Notes under the pieces: model-generated | What the model saw: the letters and a program-made list of their open reading frames with translations, nothing else | The model's database searches: none | What the model was told of the DNA's origin: nothing | Shown: piece by piece, positions 40,561 through 54,409 of the stretch | How the letters are laid out: the number at the start of each line of letters is the position of its first letter | Position numbering within the stretch: the stretch's first letter is position 1 | Origin: Nageia nagi | Taxonomy: Eukaryota; Plantae; Pinophyta | Length of the DNA: 64,000 nucleotides | Direction of reading: 5' to 3' | Assembly: GCA_050084985.1 (NCBI GenBank) | Contig: JBITNC010000001.1 | Span: 192,820,001-192,884,000 of the forward strand | Program-made: the position numbers and the translations under genes

Positions 40561-42464
40561 TCATTTAAATCACTTTCACCATGTCATCTAAAGGGGCATA
40601 TTTGTTACACCTAACCTTTTAAAATTTACATCTACTATATGTACAACATCTAATGTTCAGGTTTAAAAAATAAATTTTTTATTGATTATAATTTTTCAAG
40701 TGATAATTCTACCAAGAGAATTTACTTAAGAATCATTTTTCTTTGTCTATATCCTTTATGACATCGGCTTTACGGAAAGTTCACTATTGTCATCCACTTC
40801 GCATGTGATATTATAATTCATCTAGGATGTTTATGTGTCTCATCAATTCGATTTTCATGCCAAATGTAGAAAAGAATCAATGCCTTTCAACACCCATGTA
40901 CAGCAGGTCGCAATTTACCACCTTAATTATTTTTTAACAGAAAATTGATGCAATGAAATACAAAATTTAATCTATATTTGGGTGTTCTGAAAATTTTAGG
41001 GATTGTAACCTTGTAGAAAAATATTCTATTAGCTACAATTGAGTAATATTTGAAAACATGAAACTTATTGTAAGAAGTTTGGAAGTATAGTAACCTTTTG
41101 CATGCATTCTGCACTTTAACATCCTGTTTATACGTAATCTAAAACAACTTCATATCATTGTACTACTTTTCACAGATTTCTTGCTCTGAAATTTGTCATA
41201 GTCTATATAAGCATTCGACCAAAAAAATAACCATGAATCTTTGCAAAGTACAGTAATGTTAAAATATTTATTGTAACTAACTCAACAGAATCAACCATCG
41301 CTTCATAATTAAAAAAATCACAAAAGCACACCAAATGGTAAACTAGATTTTATTATATTATTTTTTCCTGCATAATTGTTTAACTTTTTGTACTTGCTCC
41401 GTGCAATTACCGAATTAGATTTTCTTTTAACATTTAAAAACCTTTCTAAATAAACTCTTAACTAAAAATAAAATAAGTAATAATTAGGCTCAAAACCTTT
41501 ACAGATGAGCCGGCATTCTTTTGGGGAAAAGAGTTCTTAAATAGGTTCAACAGCTAGAGATGAGTTACTCATATTACACTTTCTAATAGCAGGGTGCCAT
41601 GAAAGGCCTGTGGTTTTTTTTTAGCTCTGTAAGGAGGCCTCCTATGGAACCTTACTGGGAAAAAAGTAGAAAAGGCATCCTAACAGTCTTATTAGTTATT
41701 ACTACATGAAAGCAATCTAAGATAGATGACAACAAATGACTAAAATAGTGCTGCACAGTTGAAATAGGATCATGACAACACTTTAAAAATGGACTATCAG
41801 TTAATCCATGTGTTGAAGCTATAAATGTGTCTAGTACAGTAACTCACATATAGGACCTTTAGACATAAATGAATGAAAAAATAACAGCAGTACAGGTATA
41901 TGCATACTTTCTATTATAATCAGAAAGCAGGAGAATAGCAGATATTAATAAAGATAAAATATACACAGGAACAGGCCACAGTACTTGTGGACTATAAACA
42001 ATATAATCATGCAAAGAACATATCAGCAAACAAGACAATCACTACACTGTCAAAAAATAAGAGAGCTACTACACTCTAAAAATCACATAACGCTAATAAC
42101 AGGTAACAAAATTGAAGCTCTAAACCTACTAATACATTGATGAAGGATGTAAATGGGTAATGGATTCACAAACTACTCCAATCACAAGAATAATAGATCT
42201 ATAGAAAACATAAAAAACTAATTCCAAAGTTTGTAGAGCATCTATTTGCTTATCCTTGCATTTACATGTTAACAGATTTCAACTGAGAATGAAATTCTTG
42301 GTATTAATAACAAGTACAGAGAGCCCCAGTCATAATCATGTGAGGAATTGGAACTTAAAGGCCAAATAACAAATGCTGATTTTCTTCACATGAGCACCAA
42401 AAAATGAGATGTGTAGAAATTCATATTTCCAACATAAATACAAAACGCTGAGGTGAATGGTAAA

Positions 42465-43058
42465 TCAATTTACCTCGATCTTTGGCCTCTTATTCTGGTG
42501 AGGATTATCATCGGACACTTTCTTCATCCCACCAGCAAAAAGCCTATCAAAGGCACTTCTATCAAACTTAACCTCAGTCTTCTTGCTCTTGCTCTTGCCC
42601 TTAGTGGGCTGAGCTGTTTTCTTCTGATCCTTTTTGCCACCCTCCTTTTCGGAAAGATTCGAATCCGAATTCTCCTTGGGGACTTGAGAACCCATATTCG
42701 ATGCCTTGGGCATTTGAGGATAGTTTTCCTTCTTGGGTTCGTTCTGCTTTTTGGGAACCTCTGAACCCCTACTTTGCTCGTTATTGCTCTTGTCCTCTGT
42801 GTGCTGAGCTGCTTTCTTCTGATTCTTTTTGTCCTCCTTTTCCGTGTGATTCGAACCCGAATTCTCCTTGGGAACTTGAGAACCCTTATTAGATGCCTTT
42901 GGCATTTGAGAGGACTTTTCCTTCTTGGGTTCGCTCTGTTTTTTGGGAACCTCAGAACCCTTGCTTTGGTTGGGCATTTGAGGGGCCTTTTCCTTATTGG
43001 GTTCGCTCTGTTTCTTTGGAAGCTCAGAACCCTTACTTTGGTCGGGCATTTGCGGGGA
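42465..43058 (-). CDS. Probable true C-terminal frame of the J-protein (K/S/E/P/Q-rich repeats), reached by restoring 1 nt at 43059-43062
   Basis: ORF 42465-43049. Repeat units read GAA AAG TCC TCT CAA ATG, whereas the first unit reads GAA AA- TCC CCG CAA ATG. Possible splice donor GAG|GTAAAT at 42473. Confidence 0.7.
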   Translation of the reverse strand, partial: SPQMPDQSKGSELPKKQSEPNKEKAPQMPNQSKGSEVPKKQSEPKKEKSSQMPKASNKGSQVPKENSGSNHTEKEDKKNQKKAAQHTEDKSNNEQSRGSEVPKKQNEPKKENYPQMPKASNMGSQVPKENSDSNLSEKEGGKKDQKKTAQPTKGKSKSKKTEVKFDRSAFDRLFAGGMKKVSDDNPHQNKRPKIEVN

Positions 43059-43765
43059 TTTTCATTCTCTTTTCCCTCCGGTCCAGAATTATTTCTCTGA
43101 CGCGGGGGAGCTCTGGAAGTACGATCATGAGGAATCACAGAGGCCGTGAATGGCTTCTTGCATGAAGGGCAAATAATGAAAAGGCCCATGTATTCTAAGG
43201 CGAACTCAAAATGTATTCTACAGCTACTACATTGTGTCCAGAAAGATAGCTCACCACCAGCTCTATTAGAAAACCCATCACAATTGACGCTATTACTTAC
43301 ATTGGTGTTGTCCTTCTTTGGCGGCTTGCGCTTCCTGGTCTTTGGCTGCTTCTTCTGAGAGGGGGCAGTGGATTTCCTCGTTAGGTCGTAAGAAGCCCTA
43401 GTTGTGGAGTCAGATAACACGCGCGACGCCTCTCCGATGAACTTGAATGCCTCTTCAGCTCCAGGGGACTTGTTTTTATCGGGGTGTAAAACAAGGGCTA
43501 GTTTTCTATACTGTTTTTTGATGAGGGTTTCTTCGACAGTCGAATCCACCTGCAAAACGGCATACCAGTCGGGGACGCCATTGATTTTGATCTGGGTGGC
43601 AATGTGGACGTCGAGAACAGCTATGAATTGGGCGAGACCTTCAAGGGAAGGGTACATTTGCTGGGCCTTGAGGGCTAATTTCTTGGCCCCGGCCATATCC
43701 TGCGCGTGGAATTTCTTCTCTGCAAATTCCTTGGCTCTGTATGCTTCTTCTTTGTTGGATTCCAT
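42524..43765 (-). CDS. Plant J-domain (DnaJ/Hsp40 class C) protein with zinc-ribbon; family that often carries DUF3444
   Basis: [20 protein letters not shown]-terminus; DWYAVLQV...[15 protein letters not shown]-domain; FWTQCSSC...CPSCKKPF zinc ribbon. GC- and CpG-rich. The C-terminal ~178 aa are probably out of frame. Confidence 0.9.
   Translation of the reverse strand: MESNKEEAYRAKEFAEKKFHAQDMAGAKKLALKAQQMYPSLEGLAQFIAVLDVHIATQIKINGVPDWYAVLQVDSTVEETLIKKQYRKLALVLHPDKNKSPGAEEAFKFIGEASRVLSDSTTRASYDLTRKSTAPSQKKQPKTRKRKPPKKDNTNVSNSVNCDGFSNRAGGELSFWTQCSSCRIHFEFALEYMGLFIICPSCKKPFTASVIPHDRTSRAPPRQRNNSGPEGKENENPRKCPTKVRVLSFQRNRANPIRKRPLKCPTKARVLRFPKNRANPRRKSPLKCQRHLIRVLKFPRRIRVRITRKRRTKRIRRKQLSTQRTRAITSKVGVQRFPKSRTNPRRKTILKCPRHRIWVLKSPRRIRIRIFPKRRVAKRIRRKQLSPLRARARARRLRLSLIEVPLIGFLLVG
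42590..43062 (-). repeat. Coding tandem repeats: 72-nt units plus a ~190-nt higher-order duplication
   Basis: MPxQSKGSExPKKQSEPxKEKxxQ twice, then GSEVPKKQ...[16 protein letters not shown]...KKxQKKxAQ twice. Confidence 0.9.
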
Positions 43766-44688
43766 CTTCCCTTGAATTGAAATCGGAGCCAGAGCGAAAG
43801 AAGATCAAGCGAAGAAGCTACTCCACATCGTATCCGAATTTGGATTTGGTTGAAAATGGAGGAGAGGACAGGGCATGCTGCCTCTGCCGCCAAGTACTAC
43901 TGAAATTCGTGTGGGGCAAATTTTCAATTTTCGCGGGGAGTATTTTGAAAGAAGATTCAAATTATTCATGTTCAAAAACAAGGGACCACCACACATTCAA
44001 ATGTTTTAGGGCAAATGTCACCTTTCCACAACAACCAAGGTTTGAGTTAGAAATTTTGATGGGAACTAGGGCTATCAATAAGAAGATAAAGTCCATTCCT
44101 CTTCAAGATATTCACTTGAAGGGAGAGCTTATAAAAATGAAATGTGTAACAAGTATTTTTCAAATTTCATTACCTTTTATAGTTTAAATTATTTATTTAG
44201 TATAGAGAGTTGTATTTTATATTTTGTAATAAAAATGTCTCATTCCTCCTGTTAATCTAAGGAGACAGCACACACCTTAAGCTACAACAACTTGCATGGT
44301 AGGTTGAGTGATCACTATTGGTTGTGACAAACTTGAGGGTTGTAGAAGGACCAACATTCTTCTTGTTCTTTGTAATAACTATAGTCTACTCATTAGAGGG
44401 AGAAGCTTAAGCAATGGACACAGAAGCCATAAGGGTTTACCCTTTAAGCTTAACTTTTTCCTCCATTAGAAGATAATTATTAATCTAGTTGAAGGCTAAT
44501 TGACAATTGTAACAAGTATTTAGAAGGTTGATATAAGTTATAACCCTTTGATTGATTATCAAATCATCAACATGAATGTTAATATACTCTTTAAGATCTT
44601 TAGACCAAGATTGAAACAATAGGAAGAAGTTATGAACATACTAAGGTTTGTGGTACAAACTCAAATTCACTTAAGAAGGGTTAGCAAA

Positions 44689-45518
44689 GGGGGGGGGGGA
44701 ATTGTAAGGTTCTAAATACCATCCACTTTCACACTAATAAGAATCAATGTTTGTTGAATCCACCATCAAATGAGAGTATCATTCAAAATACAACTCAAAA
44801 AGCATCCAATCAATGTATGAGATTCTAACCAAGAATAAGTAGAGTTTATAAACTCAATGGGATAACAACATTTGGAATGGAAATATTATCTTATGATAAA
44901 CCTCAAGGATGAATTTACGAGGTTGCTTGTTCTCTACCAATGACATTTCTCCCTCCTACAACTTCAACAAAATATGAATGCGTATAGTGAGTTATAACTA
45001 TATTAAAAGGAAAGAAGCTCGCTTGGGGTGGAAAAACAATGAAGCATACAATAATAAATAGCAACTAATGATTCCCTCACATACTCCAAGGAGGAAAGAC
45101 AATGTGACAAACCAAACAAGTTTCAAATGTCAATGCATGAACTTCATATCTCTAAGCATTTTTTGTTGAAAAAATATAATAAATTATATTAACTTGAAAA
45201 ATATATTACAATTGTTGAATATTTTTAGTGACCCCTAAGATTAACCTAGGTAGAAACTATACTAAATATTCACATTTAATGAATAACAGGAATAGCAACA
45301 ATAAGATGAAGTATAATAAAATATAAATGAATAAAGCAATACTTAGACTATTGGATCAAGATAACATCATTCCACTAATGAGAAAGGAATCCAAAGATAG
45401 CTAAATATTTATTAACATTACCTGGGATGACGAAGATTATATGAAGAAAGGAGCTTGCCAAAGATAATGATCTTGATATGTGAATTCCTACACAAACAAA
45501 CCATATTAGAACCCTAGT
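44689..45518 (+). mobile_element. PPT and LTR-like remnant
   Basis: G11 tract followed by TGTAAGGTTCTAA (44703). Imperfect inverted end TTAGAACCCTAG near 45506-45517. NKYLEG integrase-like trace upstream. Confidence 0.4.
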
Positions 45519-45649
45519 GTGGACACCCAAAGGGAGCATAGACATGAAGCCCTAAATAGTAGCACTAATATGTATGGTAGCGTAGAGGTTGAGTGTCTCA
45601 AGAGTAGAGTTCGCAACCAAGATCCAATAGATAGAAAAGTATCGATAAG

Positions 45650-45760
45650 TCAAGCCAAACATAAGGATTTGTTTAACAAGATGCATTACACAAACATAGT
45701 TTCATTGCAACATACGAAATGGGTTTTTCAAAAAAATATAGAAAAATACAAGGTATAAGT
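45650..45760 (+). pseudogene. Small PPR fragment
   Basis: DLFNKMHYTNIVS, the same motif as at 63530-63570. Confidence 0.6.
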
Positions 45761-45859
45761 ATATATACAAAATGTAGAGCATATTTAAATCATTTGAGCA
45801 TATTTGTAGAGCATATTTAAATCTAATTGTTCTTATATGTGAATTATGATATATGATAT

Positions 45860-47680
45860 TGTTATTCTTACATAATCACACTCTAAAAGGTGTAATATTT
45901 TTTCAATTCATTATTCTATCATTCATTTATTCTTTATTCTCAATAAAGTCTCTTCTATAAATCTCGTTCCTTATATCCTTTTCTTTCACAATTGTAAATG
46001 ATGTACAAAGTGTAAAGTATCTATACTTAGTCTCTTTTTCACATTCTAGTTAGGATTTGTATTTGATCAAGGCATGTCCAAGCCATGTTCATGCTACCAG
46101 GTCTTGGTCAAGTAAAGGGCCCTTAAAACCTTACCATTTTGTTATGAGGTAGGTATTGTTTGTATATACTCATTTGTCTCATGTTTGGGAGATGTGAGTA
46201 AGTTAAAATTTGAAGGGTTCCCATTTTTGTAGAATCGGCTAAGCCATTTTTGAGAAGTGTTTTATAAGGTCTATGTGTGTGTCTAAGTCTAATTCGAGTT
46301 TTATCGAAAGTATAGTTACTTAGGTTTGAGTATTATATAGTACAAGAGTTATTTCTAGGTATTGTTGTATATAACTATCAATCTAAAGTCAAGTCGCTCA
46401 GAAGGTGATATTTTAGAACCCATGGAATTCCAAAGGAGGAGTTTTACCTTTTGATAGAAATTAACAGGCTCTAACTTCAATACATCATTGGGTAGTCCAT
46501 AAGATCTTAGCGGTAGGATATGTTACAATGCTTACATTCAACAAAACCCATCAATTTTCAGTAATGATGTTATTCTTTTTAAAGAAAATTGATGGGTGAT
46601 AAGGCTTCTCAAATATTCAACAAACCCCTCTAAGGAAAATAAGATCCATCAAGCATGAATAAAGACTATAAGAGGAAGGAAATACCTAGGTCCACTTAAT
46701 CAAGAGTGTGTAACCCCTGGGACTCTACCAACGTGTTGACTATAGCTCATTTCCATGTGGTAGTTGTAGTTCACCTTTAGGTTTGAATAATAGATCTATC
46801 TTCACCCTTACAGTGATCGTAACCTACAACAACAATGCAAAATATTTAATGGTTGAAAAAAGTTAAGTAGTTGCCAACTGTTGATAGAGGTTTATCATAC
46901 CAATCAAGACGATAGGCCATACCTCCTAAATTCAAAAACTATCCTAGAAGATCATAGTCAAGGATAAATACAATGGATTATGGTTGGGTAGATACAAATA
47001 TTGAAGGTTTATAGATTTCCAAGCATTAGTGTTGAGTTAAGAAAATTAGTTACAGTTGTACATTATTTTGTACATCTTGTAATTGTTTAATTCATATTGT
47101 TCTTAGTCAAAGAGTAGTTAAGAGCATTAACGGTGGACAACCACTTGTTGTAAATAAGATTCTATAAATAGTGAACTGTTAGAGGTCCAAAAGGTCGAAT
47201 ATTTTAGCAAGGTTGCCCAGTGTGAGAACTATTTTCATATATGATAATAAATATAATGGTATTTTTCCCTTTGCAATTTGTGGTTGTTATCTTATTTTAT
47301 AATTGTTATGTATGAAGCATTATCCTAAATTGTGGCTATGTAGTGCAATTGTGAGACCCTAATAATAAGTTAGTTATTCTATTCTTAATCTTGGTAATGG
47401 ATTACTACTTGTGCGGTGATGCCCAAGCTAATTAGTTTTGTTTTACTTTCTATAATGTAGATTTTTATCTCTTTCCTGTTACTCTTTACTTCTTTCATCT
47501 CTTTCCAGTTACTTTTGACCTCTTTCATAGATAAGAATCATCCTATAACTTGGATATTGATTAGAAAACCCCCATGAGCTTATTGTCTCACCACCTTTTG
47601 CTTTTTCAAGAACCCTACTATTGCAAGCAACAGAGAACTATACTAGATCAAACCTTTAGATTACATTATATTGATCAACA
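45860..47680 (+). repeat. 5' LTR of copy B
   Basis: TGTTATTC...TGATCAACA; direct repeat of 58237-60041; TATAAATA near 47163. Confidence 0.93.
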
Positions 47681-47697
47681 ATAGACACATTCATTTT

Positions 47698-47715
47698 TGG
47701 CAAGCTTGATGGAAC
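47698..47715 (+). other. PBS of copy B (tRNA-Arg-like)
   Basis: TGGCAAGCTTGATGGAAC, 17 nt after the LTR end; homologous to the PBS of A. Confidence 0.65.
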
Positions 47716-50349
47716 CTGAGCAAAAATCCATATCATTTGGGTGTGAATAAGCTAGATAGCTCTGTTTGGTGAGCTATCACTCTTGCTATTCAAATATTAT
47801 AACATTTCTTAAACCTTATTAGCGAATCTATTTTCATATTGGTAATATTTTTGAACCTTGACACCTCTAATTTATACATTTACCAAAAGTAGTACCAGAA
47901 ATTCTTCCCAACAACCTAAATTTCTAGAGCTATCAATTCCTCGAAGGAGGTCTACGTGAAAGGTTTGTTGGACTCTCTCTCCTCAAATCCCTTGATATCC
48001 ATTCCTTTAACAACTGTATTTGATTAAATCTAACAAAATCCTTCACCTCATACAATTAGTCCAAATATGGCTCAAATTACCCTTGCAAACTTTCCTGCTT
48101 GAAATAATAGTCATCCATTGGTAGTTCCTGCCAATTCTTTGACTACTCCTTAGGTAGCTTTTAAAGTTTTACCTAAATATGATGGGTCGAGAAAAATGCC
48201 TTATAAACATTATCAATATGTATCTCTTTTGGCATATAGATTTGATATCAATGATGAAACTATAATGACTAGATTGTTGTCACATTCTTTTGACTCCTCA
48301 ATCTATAAATACATGGGGAGAATTGTGTCAATCTCTAATCAAGATATTTGTTGAATATTGTGATGATAGTACATTCTTGATCCTTATTACATGTATTAAA
48401 AGACATTCCCATGAGTATGTGGATGATTTTAACATCAAATTTGAGAAAACTTGGAAATCCATTCCAACAAGGATCAAACCAACTAAAGATCAAGCCTTGG
48501 TATGCTATAGGAAAGCCTTCCACCCAGATTTAAATGTGTTGATTGTTATGTCAGAGTACACTCTCCCATAAATCTACCAAACAACAAAAATTATTGAACA
48601 CACGTTGGTCTTCTCAAGAACAATGCAACCAAGATCCATTATGCCCTTATTTCCTAATCTACCTCTAATGAAATCTCCATTACATATTCCTCATCCAGGA
48701 GTGCTAGATTTACCACCTCCTCCTCCTAACCATATAGCTCAGAACTAAGAACCAACACTACCATCTCTAGCATATATAAGTACAAGTACTAGTTTAAACA
48801 CACAAGAGGAAGATAGGATAAGACAACTGGAGATAATCATTAGGAATCTTACAAATAAGCTCACTTTGCAAGAGAGGGAGAATTAAGGCTTAAATTATAG
48901 GAGATATGATAATCAATATCAACCAAGATTCTAACCCAGAAACAACCATCCATAATAGCCTCCTACTCCTAAAGCTGTAGATAATGCAATCATGGTTATT
49001 TCTCCAAAAAAGTGATGCTTTAGGTATTACAAAATAATGTCCTCCTTGTTCACTTCCACATTTTCCATACTCTTGTGCAATATATCAACATCAACATTTG
49101 GGCTTACATTCTGACCAAATGGTAGAAACTTCATCATATCCTATTGAAGATCTTACCATGATTAATTTTTGGGTTTTAGGTTATGCTCATGAACAAGCCA
49201 ACTATGTTCAAACTAGAGCTTACACTTCAATAACCCTGCAATAAGCCCAATTCACTCAACAAAATTAGCAAACCACTCCAGCTCAACCTGATCTAAAGAG
49301 AGCTAAGGATCCTATGTATCAACCATAAAATCAAGTAAATCAACTTCCAAACCATCTAAGTCAAGTTTCATAAGGCCTGGGTAATGTTGCTCCTATTGCA
49401 AGAAACCCTGCTCAAACTAGAAATGATATCCCAGGAAAAGAGAGACTTGCTCCATTAAGATATCCTTTCATAATTAGCATCATAAGGATAAGGATACTTA
49501 GAAGTTCAAATATTACCAACCTACTTAAATAGGTGATTCAACCTCTTATGTTCCATACAATATTATGGAAGAATTGAAAAGAACACCTTCTAAAATGATA
49601 ATGTTTGATGCATTAAGGATTCTAGGTCAAACTAACCTTTTGCAAGAATCTTTGAAGATTAAGAACAGTAAGAAAAAGCTAAATGAGGATAATGTAGTAT
49701 TTTCAAATATTGATGATGTTCCTCCAGCTCCTATAGGTATAAGAAGATCACCTTTTTATCTATCTCTTATATTAGAAGGTCGAATAGTTCAAATTTGTAT
49801 GATTGATACTAGAGCTGCCATTATCGTTATTCCCAAATTTATTGCAAAAAGATGAAATTGTATAGAACTTGATGTATATATGGATTCATTCAATTAGATT
49901 CTTCCCCTATAGATCTTATTAGTAGTGTTAAAGGAGTTTTCATAACCTTGAATGCATTCCTTGATATTTGCATCATTCAGGATATTATAGTAGTTAATCT
50001 TCCACCTCTATATGGGATCTATTTGTCCAAAGAATCCATTGCAACATTGGGAGGGTATTTAGCCTTAGATTATACACACCTCCTACTTCCTTTCTAGAAC
50101 AAGCATGTAAAAATCCCAAATGAGGGTACCAAGAATATCCATGTTAAGAAGATCACTGAGCAAAATTGCATGAATGGCCATGAGCAAGCATAAACATTTG
50201 AAAGGGATACACTCATGGAATCATTGCTAACCACAAAAACTCTTTCAAAAAATGACCTCAATTATTAGGTCACTGATATTGGTATGGGAAACTGCTACTT
50301 ATTTGAAAATATTCAGCCAATCTCAGTCATAACTAAAAGAGAACATGAA

Positions 50350-50730
50350 GTATGGATGATGTTATTTAATGGAGCTAGATGTAAACATAGATGTGGAGTT
50401 GGTATTATTTTTAAGTCACCTGAGGGACACATGAGAAGATTCTTATTTAGATTTAGATGGATTTGCACCAATAATGTTGCTAAGTATGAACCCCTTTATT
50501 TGGGGCTATCTAAAGCTATCAGCATAGGTATCAAATGCTTAGATTTCCATGGTGATTCTCAGCTAGTTATTAATCAAGTCAAAGACAAGATTAGTGCAAG
50601 ACATCACTACCTCAAAACTTATAGTAATAGGATATGGGACCTATTAGAATCTTTCTTGAATATCAATTTTATCTCTATTCTTAGAAAGTATAATCAAATT
50701 GTTGATGCACTTGTGAACAAAGGAGCATGC
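50350..50730 (+). pseudogene. Additional archaeal-type RNase H (aRH) between protease and RT
   Basis: WMMLFNGA (FFDGA in A); TNNVAKYE.L..GL..A; HGDSQLVINQV; RKYNQIVDAL. Confidence 0.9.
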
Positions 50731-53682
50731 TTCAACCTTGGTCATCATAAGAGAGGTAGCTATGGAGTCAAAGTTTTATGTAGGTCATATGTACCTAACA
50801 TTGCAAATTTTTGGTAGATATTTGAATCTGATGAGCATATTATGAATTTTCTTATAGATGAAGCAGTAGCTCACACCTTTGGTGTTATAGAACTACCTTA
50901 TTATTTTTAAGAATCAAATGTTATACAACTAAGAAACAATATTGTACCTAAAGGTTTGATTTCCTTTGAACAATTATTTGATTCTAAATATGTTCAAAGA
51001 GCTAAAATGTTAGCTATTCAAAAGGAAAGCAAAAAATGCATAAAAATTAGATCAAAATGCACTAAAGAAGAAAATCATATGCTACTTTAGATTTACCATG
51101 AATTTGCTATGGTACTTGCTTGGACTTATGATGATATGAAGATATATGACAAGAATGTGATCCAAAACACCATTGAACTTAAGCCAGAAGTGAAACCATA
51201 TAGGTAGAAGTAGAGGCCAGTAAACCCAAGAATACAAGAAGCCATGAAACAGGAGTTGCTTAAACTCCTAGATGGTAAAATTATTTATTCTATCAAGCAT
51301 TCATATTGGGTAGCTAATTTAGTCCTAGTAAGGAAAAAGAATGGAGAAATCAAGATATGTGTATATTTCATAAATATGAACCAAGTGTCCCTAAAAGATA
51401 ACTATCCTCTTCCTCCCATGGAATAAATCCTGCAAACAATAGCGGAGGATGTTGCTTTTATATTATTGATGACTTTTTGAGATTTAATCAAATTTGGGTA
51501 AAGGATGAGGATTAATATAAAATTGCATTCACTACTAAGTGGAGAACATTTGCATTTCAGAGAATGCCTTTTGGTCTCTCCAATGCTGGGGCTACTTTTC
51601 ATATAGCAATGGACCATGTCTTTGGTGAGTTGATAAACAAGATAATCCTTGTCTACTTGGATGACATTACTATGTTTTCAAAGAGCAAAAATGATAACTT
51701 AGACAACCTCAAGCAAGTTTTTGAAAAATATATGCAATTTGGGATTTCTATCAATCTCAAAAAAACTATTTGTATGGTTAACCAAGGAAAACTACTTGGC
51801 AACATTGTTTTAGAAGAAGGATTGGCAATTGATCCTGATAGAGTCAAAGATATTGATGCATTACCTCTACCCACCAATAAGAAAGCCCTGAAATCCTTCC
51901 TTTGTCAAATCAATTTTGTTAGAAAATATATTAGTGATTTTTCTCGTATTGTTTCTCAAATCATAGCAATACTGAAAATATATGCTTAGTTCTCTTAGTT
52001 AGATGAAGCAAAGCAAGCTTTTCATGATATCAAAAAAATAATAATTGAAGATCCTATTTTGAAAATCTAGATATTTCAAAGGATTTTATTATATATGCAT
52101 ATGGAGTAGAGAAAAGCATTGTAACTATTTTAGCATAGAAACATGACCAAAAGGAAGAACATCCCATTGCCTTTCATAGTTAAAAACTGCACCAACACAA
52201 AAAAGGTACTCATTTATTGAAAAGTAAATGTTTCCATAATGAGAGGGCTAAAAAAATTTAAGCACACGTGTTCCATAATAAGATCCTTGTATATACCATT
52301 TACCTAAATGTGAGAAATTATGTTATCAAATGGGAATTGGTTGAAGGAAAAGCTGGTTGGATCATAAGAATAATGGAGTATGATGTTGAAATCAAACCAA
52401 CCAAGCTTATCAGGGGAAGAGCCCTCTTTGAAAACATAGCAGAGGTTGCACACATAATTGCTATTATTGAGGATGAAGAGCATCTTAACCAAGAGAGTGA
52501 TTGGATAAAGCAATTTATATTTTATTTTAAAATTGAAAAATATCCTAAATTTTTCTATAGGTTTCAAAGAAGGGGATTTAGGTTACAAGCATTTAAGTCT
52601 GTGATGATAGATGATCATCTCTATAGGAAGAATTTTGATCAAACCCTATTGAGATGTGTGACTCAAGATGAAGCCTAGAGAATTTTACATGAATTTAATT
52701 ATGGATTCTCTAGAGGACACTATAATGGTCCAACTACATCAGCAAAAATATTGCAATTGGACTATTATTGGCCTACTATGCTTCAAGATTCATTTAAGAT
52801 AGTCCAAGAATATGATAAATGCAATATATATGTGCGAAAAAGGAGATAAGATGCAATTCCTTTCAAACCTATGGTTATTGAAGAACCTTTCCAACAATAG
52901 GATCTAGACTTATTAGTGTTATTAACCCAAATTCTTTAGTAGGCCATAAGTTTATTATGACTACAATATACTACTTAACAAGATGGTCAAAAGCCATGCC
53001 ATGTAAAAGTGCAGATCAAGAGGCAGTAATAGAGATGATCAAAAGATTAATCAATCGCTTTGGAATCCCACACACTATTATATCAAATAATGGTTTTGCA
53101 TTCATCAAGGCTAATTTATTAGAGTTTGTTATTTAGTACAAAATTTATTGGTTATTCTCTTCAAACTATTACTCATAAGGGAATGGGTTGGATAAGTCAA
53201 CGAATAAAAACTTAACTTGGATCATCAAGAGAACCATTGAAGGGAATCCCAAGAAGTTGCACACAAAGTTGGACAATGCATTATGGGTTGATAGAATTAG
53301 TATCAAATATGCTATCAAAACATCAACCTATACATTAGTTTATGGTAAAAGACTAGTGTTGCCAATTTATCATAGTTACCTGCATTGAAAATCCTATAGG
53401 AGTTAGAAGACTATGAATTTGAGCCATTAAAAGTAAGGTTCAATCAATTGATTAAGTTGGAGGAAGATAGGAACAAAGCTTATCAAGCCTTCCAAAATAG
53501 ATAAAAGATTATCAAAAAGTGGTTTAACAAGAAGAAATCTTCCCAGGTGAAGTTTAAAATAGGAGACATCATCCTGAAATAGGATAAGAAAAGAGCAAAT
53601 CCTAGGAAATATCAAAAATTTGACTCCTTATGGAGTGGGCCCTATATCATCATTAAGGTCTTATAGAATAATGAATTAAAAC

Positions 53683-53792
53683 TTCAAGATATTTTTGGAT
53701 CTCGAGAACTACCGATACTAGTGAATGAGATCTTGCTTGATTTCAAGATATTTTTGGATCTTGAGAACTATCGATACTAGTGAATGAGATCT
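53683..53792. repeat. ~50-bp tandem duplication with 9-bp filler near the end of INT in B
   Basis: TTCAAGATATTTTTGGATC...GAATGAGATCT at 53683 and 53742. Single copy in A and C. Confidence 0.9.
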
Positions 53793-54409
53793 ATCTCAAG
53801 CATTATCGAGCATTAGGGTGATTTTCTAATATCGTTGAAGTCTATACAATGTAAATAGTTGATCCATTTAATGCTATGATTATTTCCTTTAATGCATTTA
53901 TTTTTGTATATATTATTATATATATGGTGTTTACCATAAATGTGCTTCCAAAGGCATTAGCTAGCTATTAATGGTAGCATTTACTAGGCATGGTGGTAGT
54001 TAAGTTTGACGACCACAAAATATCACATTAGAGGATTGGCCTCACAACACAAGATTGGCTTGAAAAATTGCCCATCTCACGCGTCACCTACAATTTTAAA
54101 ATTTGGCATAGCTTAAATAAATACTATCCCACCTATCATCTTTACACTGCACTCTACGTGAACCCTAATATTCCTAATTCATTAATTACCATTAATAGTA
54201 AAGAGTCACAAAACCTAGGTAAATAAAATATAGTCCTCAACTTGTTATTTCCTCACTTAGCAAATTTCAAAGCCTAAGTTTTTGGGAGTTGTAGAGCATA
54301 TTATCTATAGAGATTTTGGCATTGAGTATGGGGGAGTTTCAAAGCTTTATTTTATAGAGGTTGTAAGAATTTGATGATTACCCCAACTACATAGAGATTA
54401 TTGAACATC

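Larger units (their letters stand above)
48067..53821 (+). pseudogene. gag-pol of copy B (gag-PR-aRH-RT-RH-INT)
   Basis: Gag in 48290-48571; PR CMIDTRA (49565-49855); aRH (50284-50817); RT KDNYPLP, MPFGLSNAGATF, YLDD (51244-51989); RH (52268-52678); INT ending LWSGPYII. Confidence 0.92.

Noticed and set aside
42453-43775. Plus-strand ORFs (hydrophobic 103 and 108 aa, 123 aa and others) opposite the J-protein gene
   Set aside because: Antisense shadows of a K/E-rich repetitive CDS; no independent coding evidence.
43741-44187. 148-aa plus-strand ORF over the J-protein 5' region
   Set aside because: No recognisable motif; overlaps the 5' UTR and promoter; probably chance.
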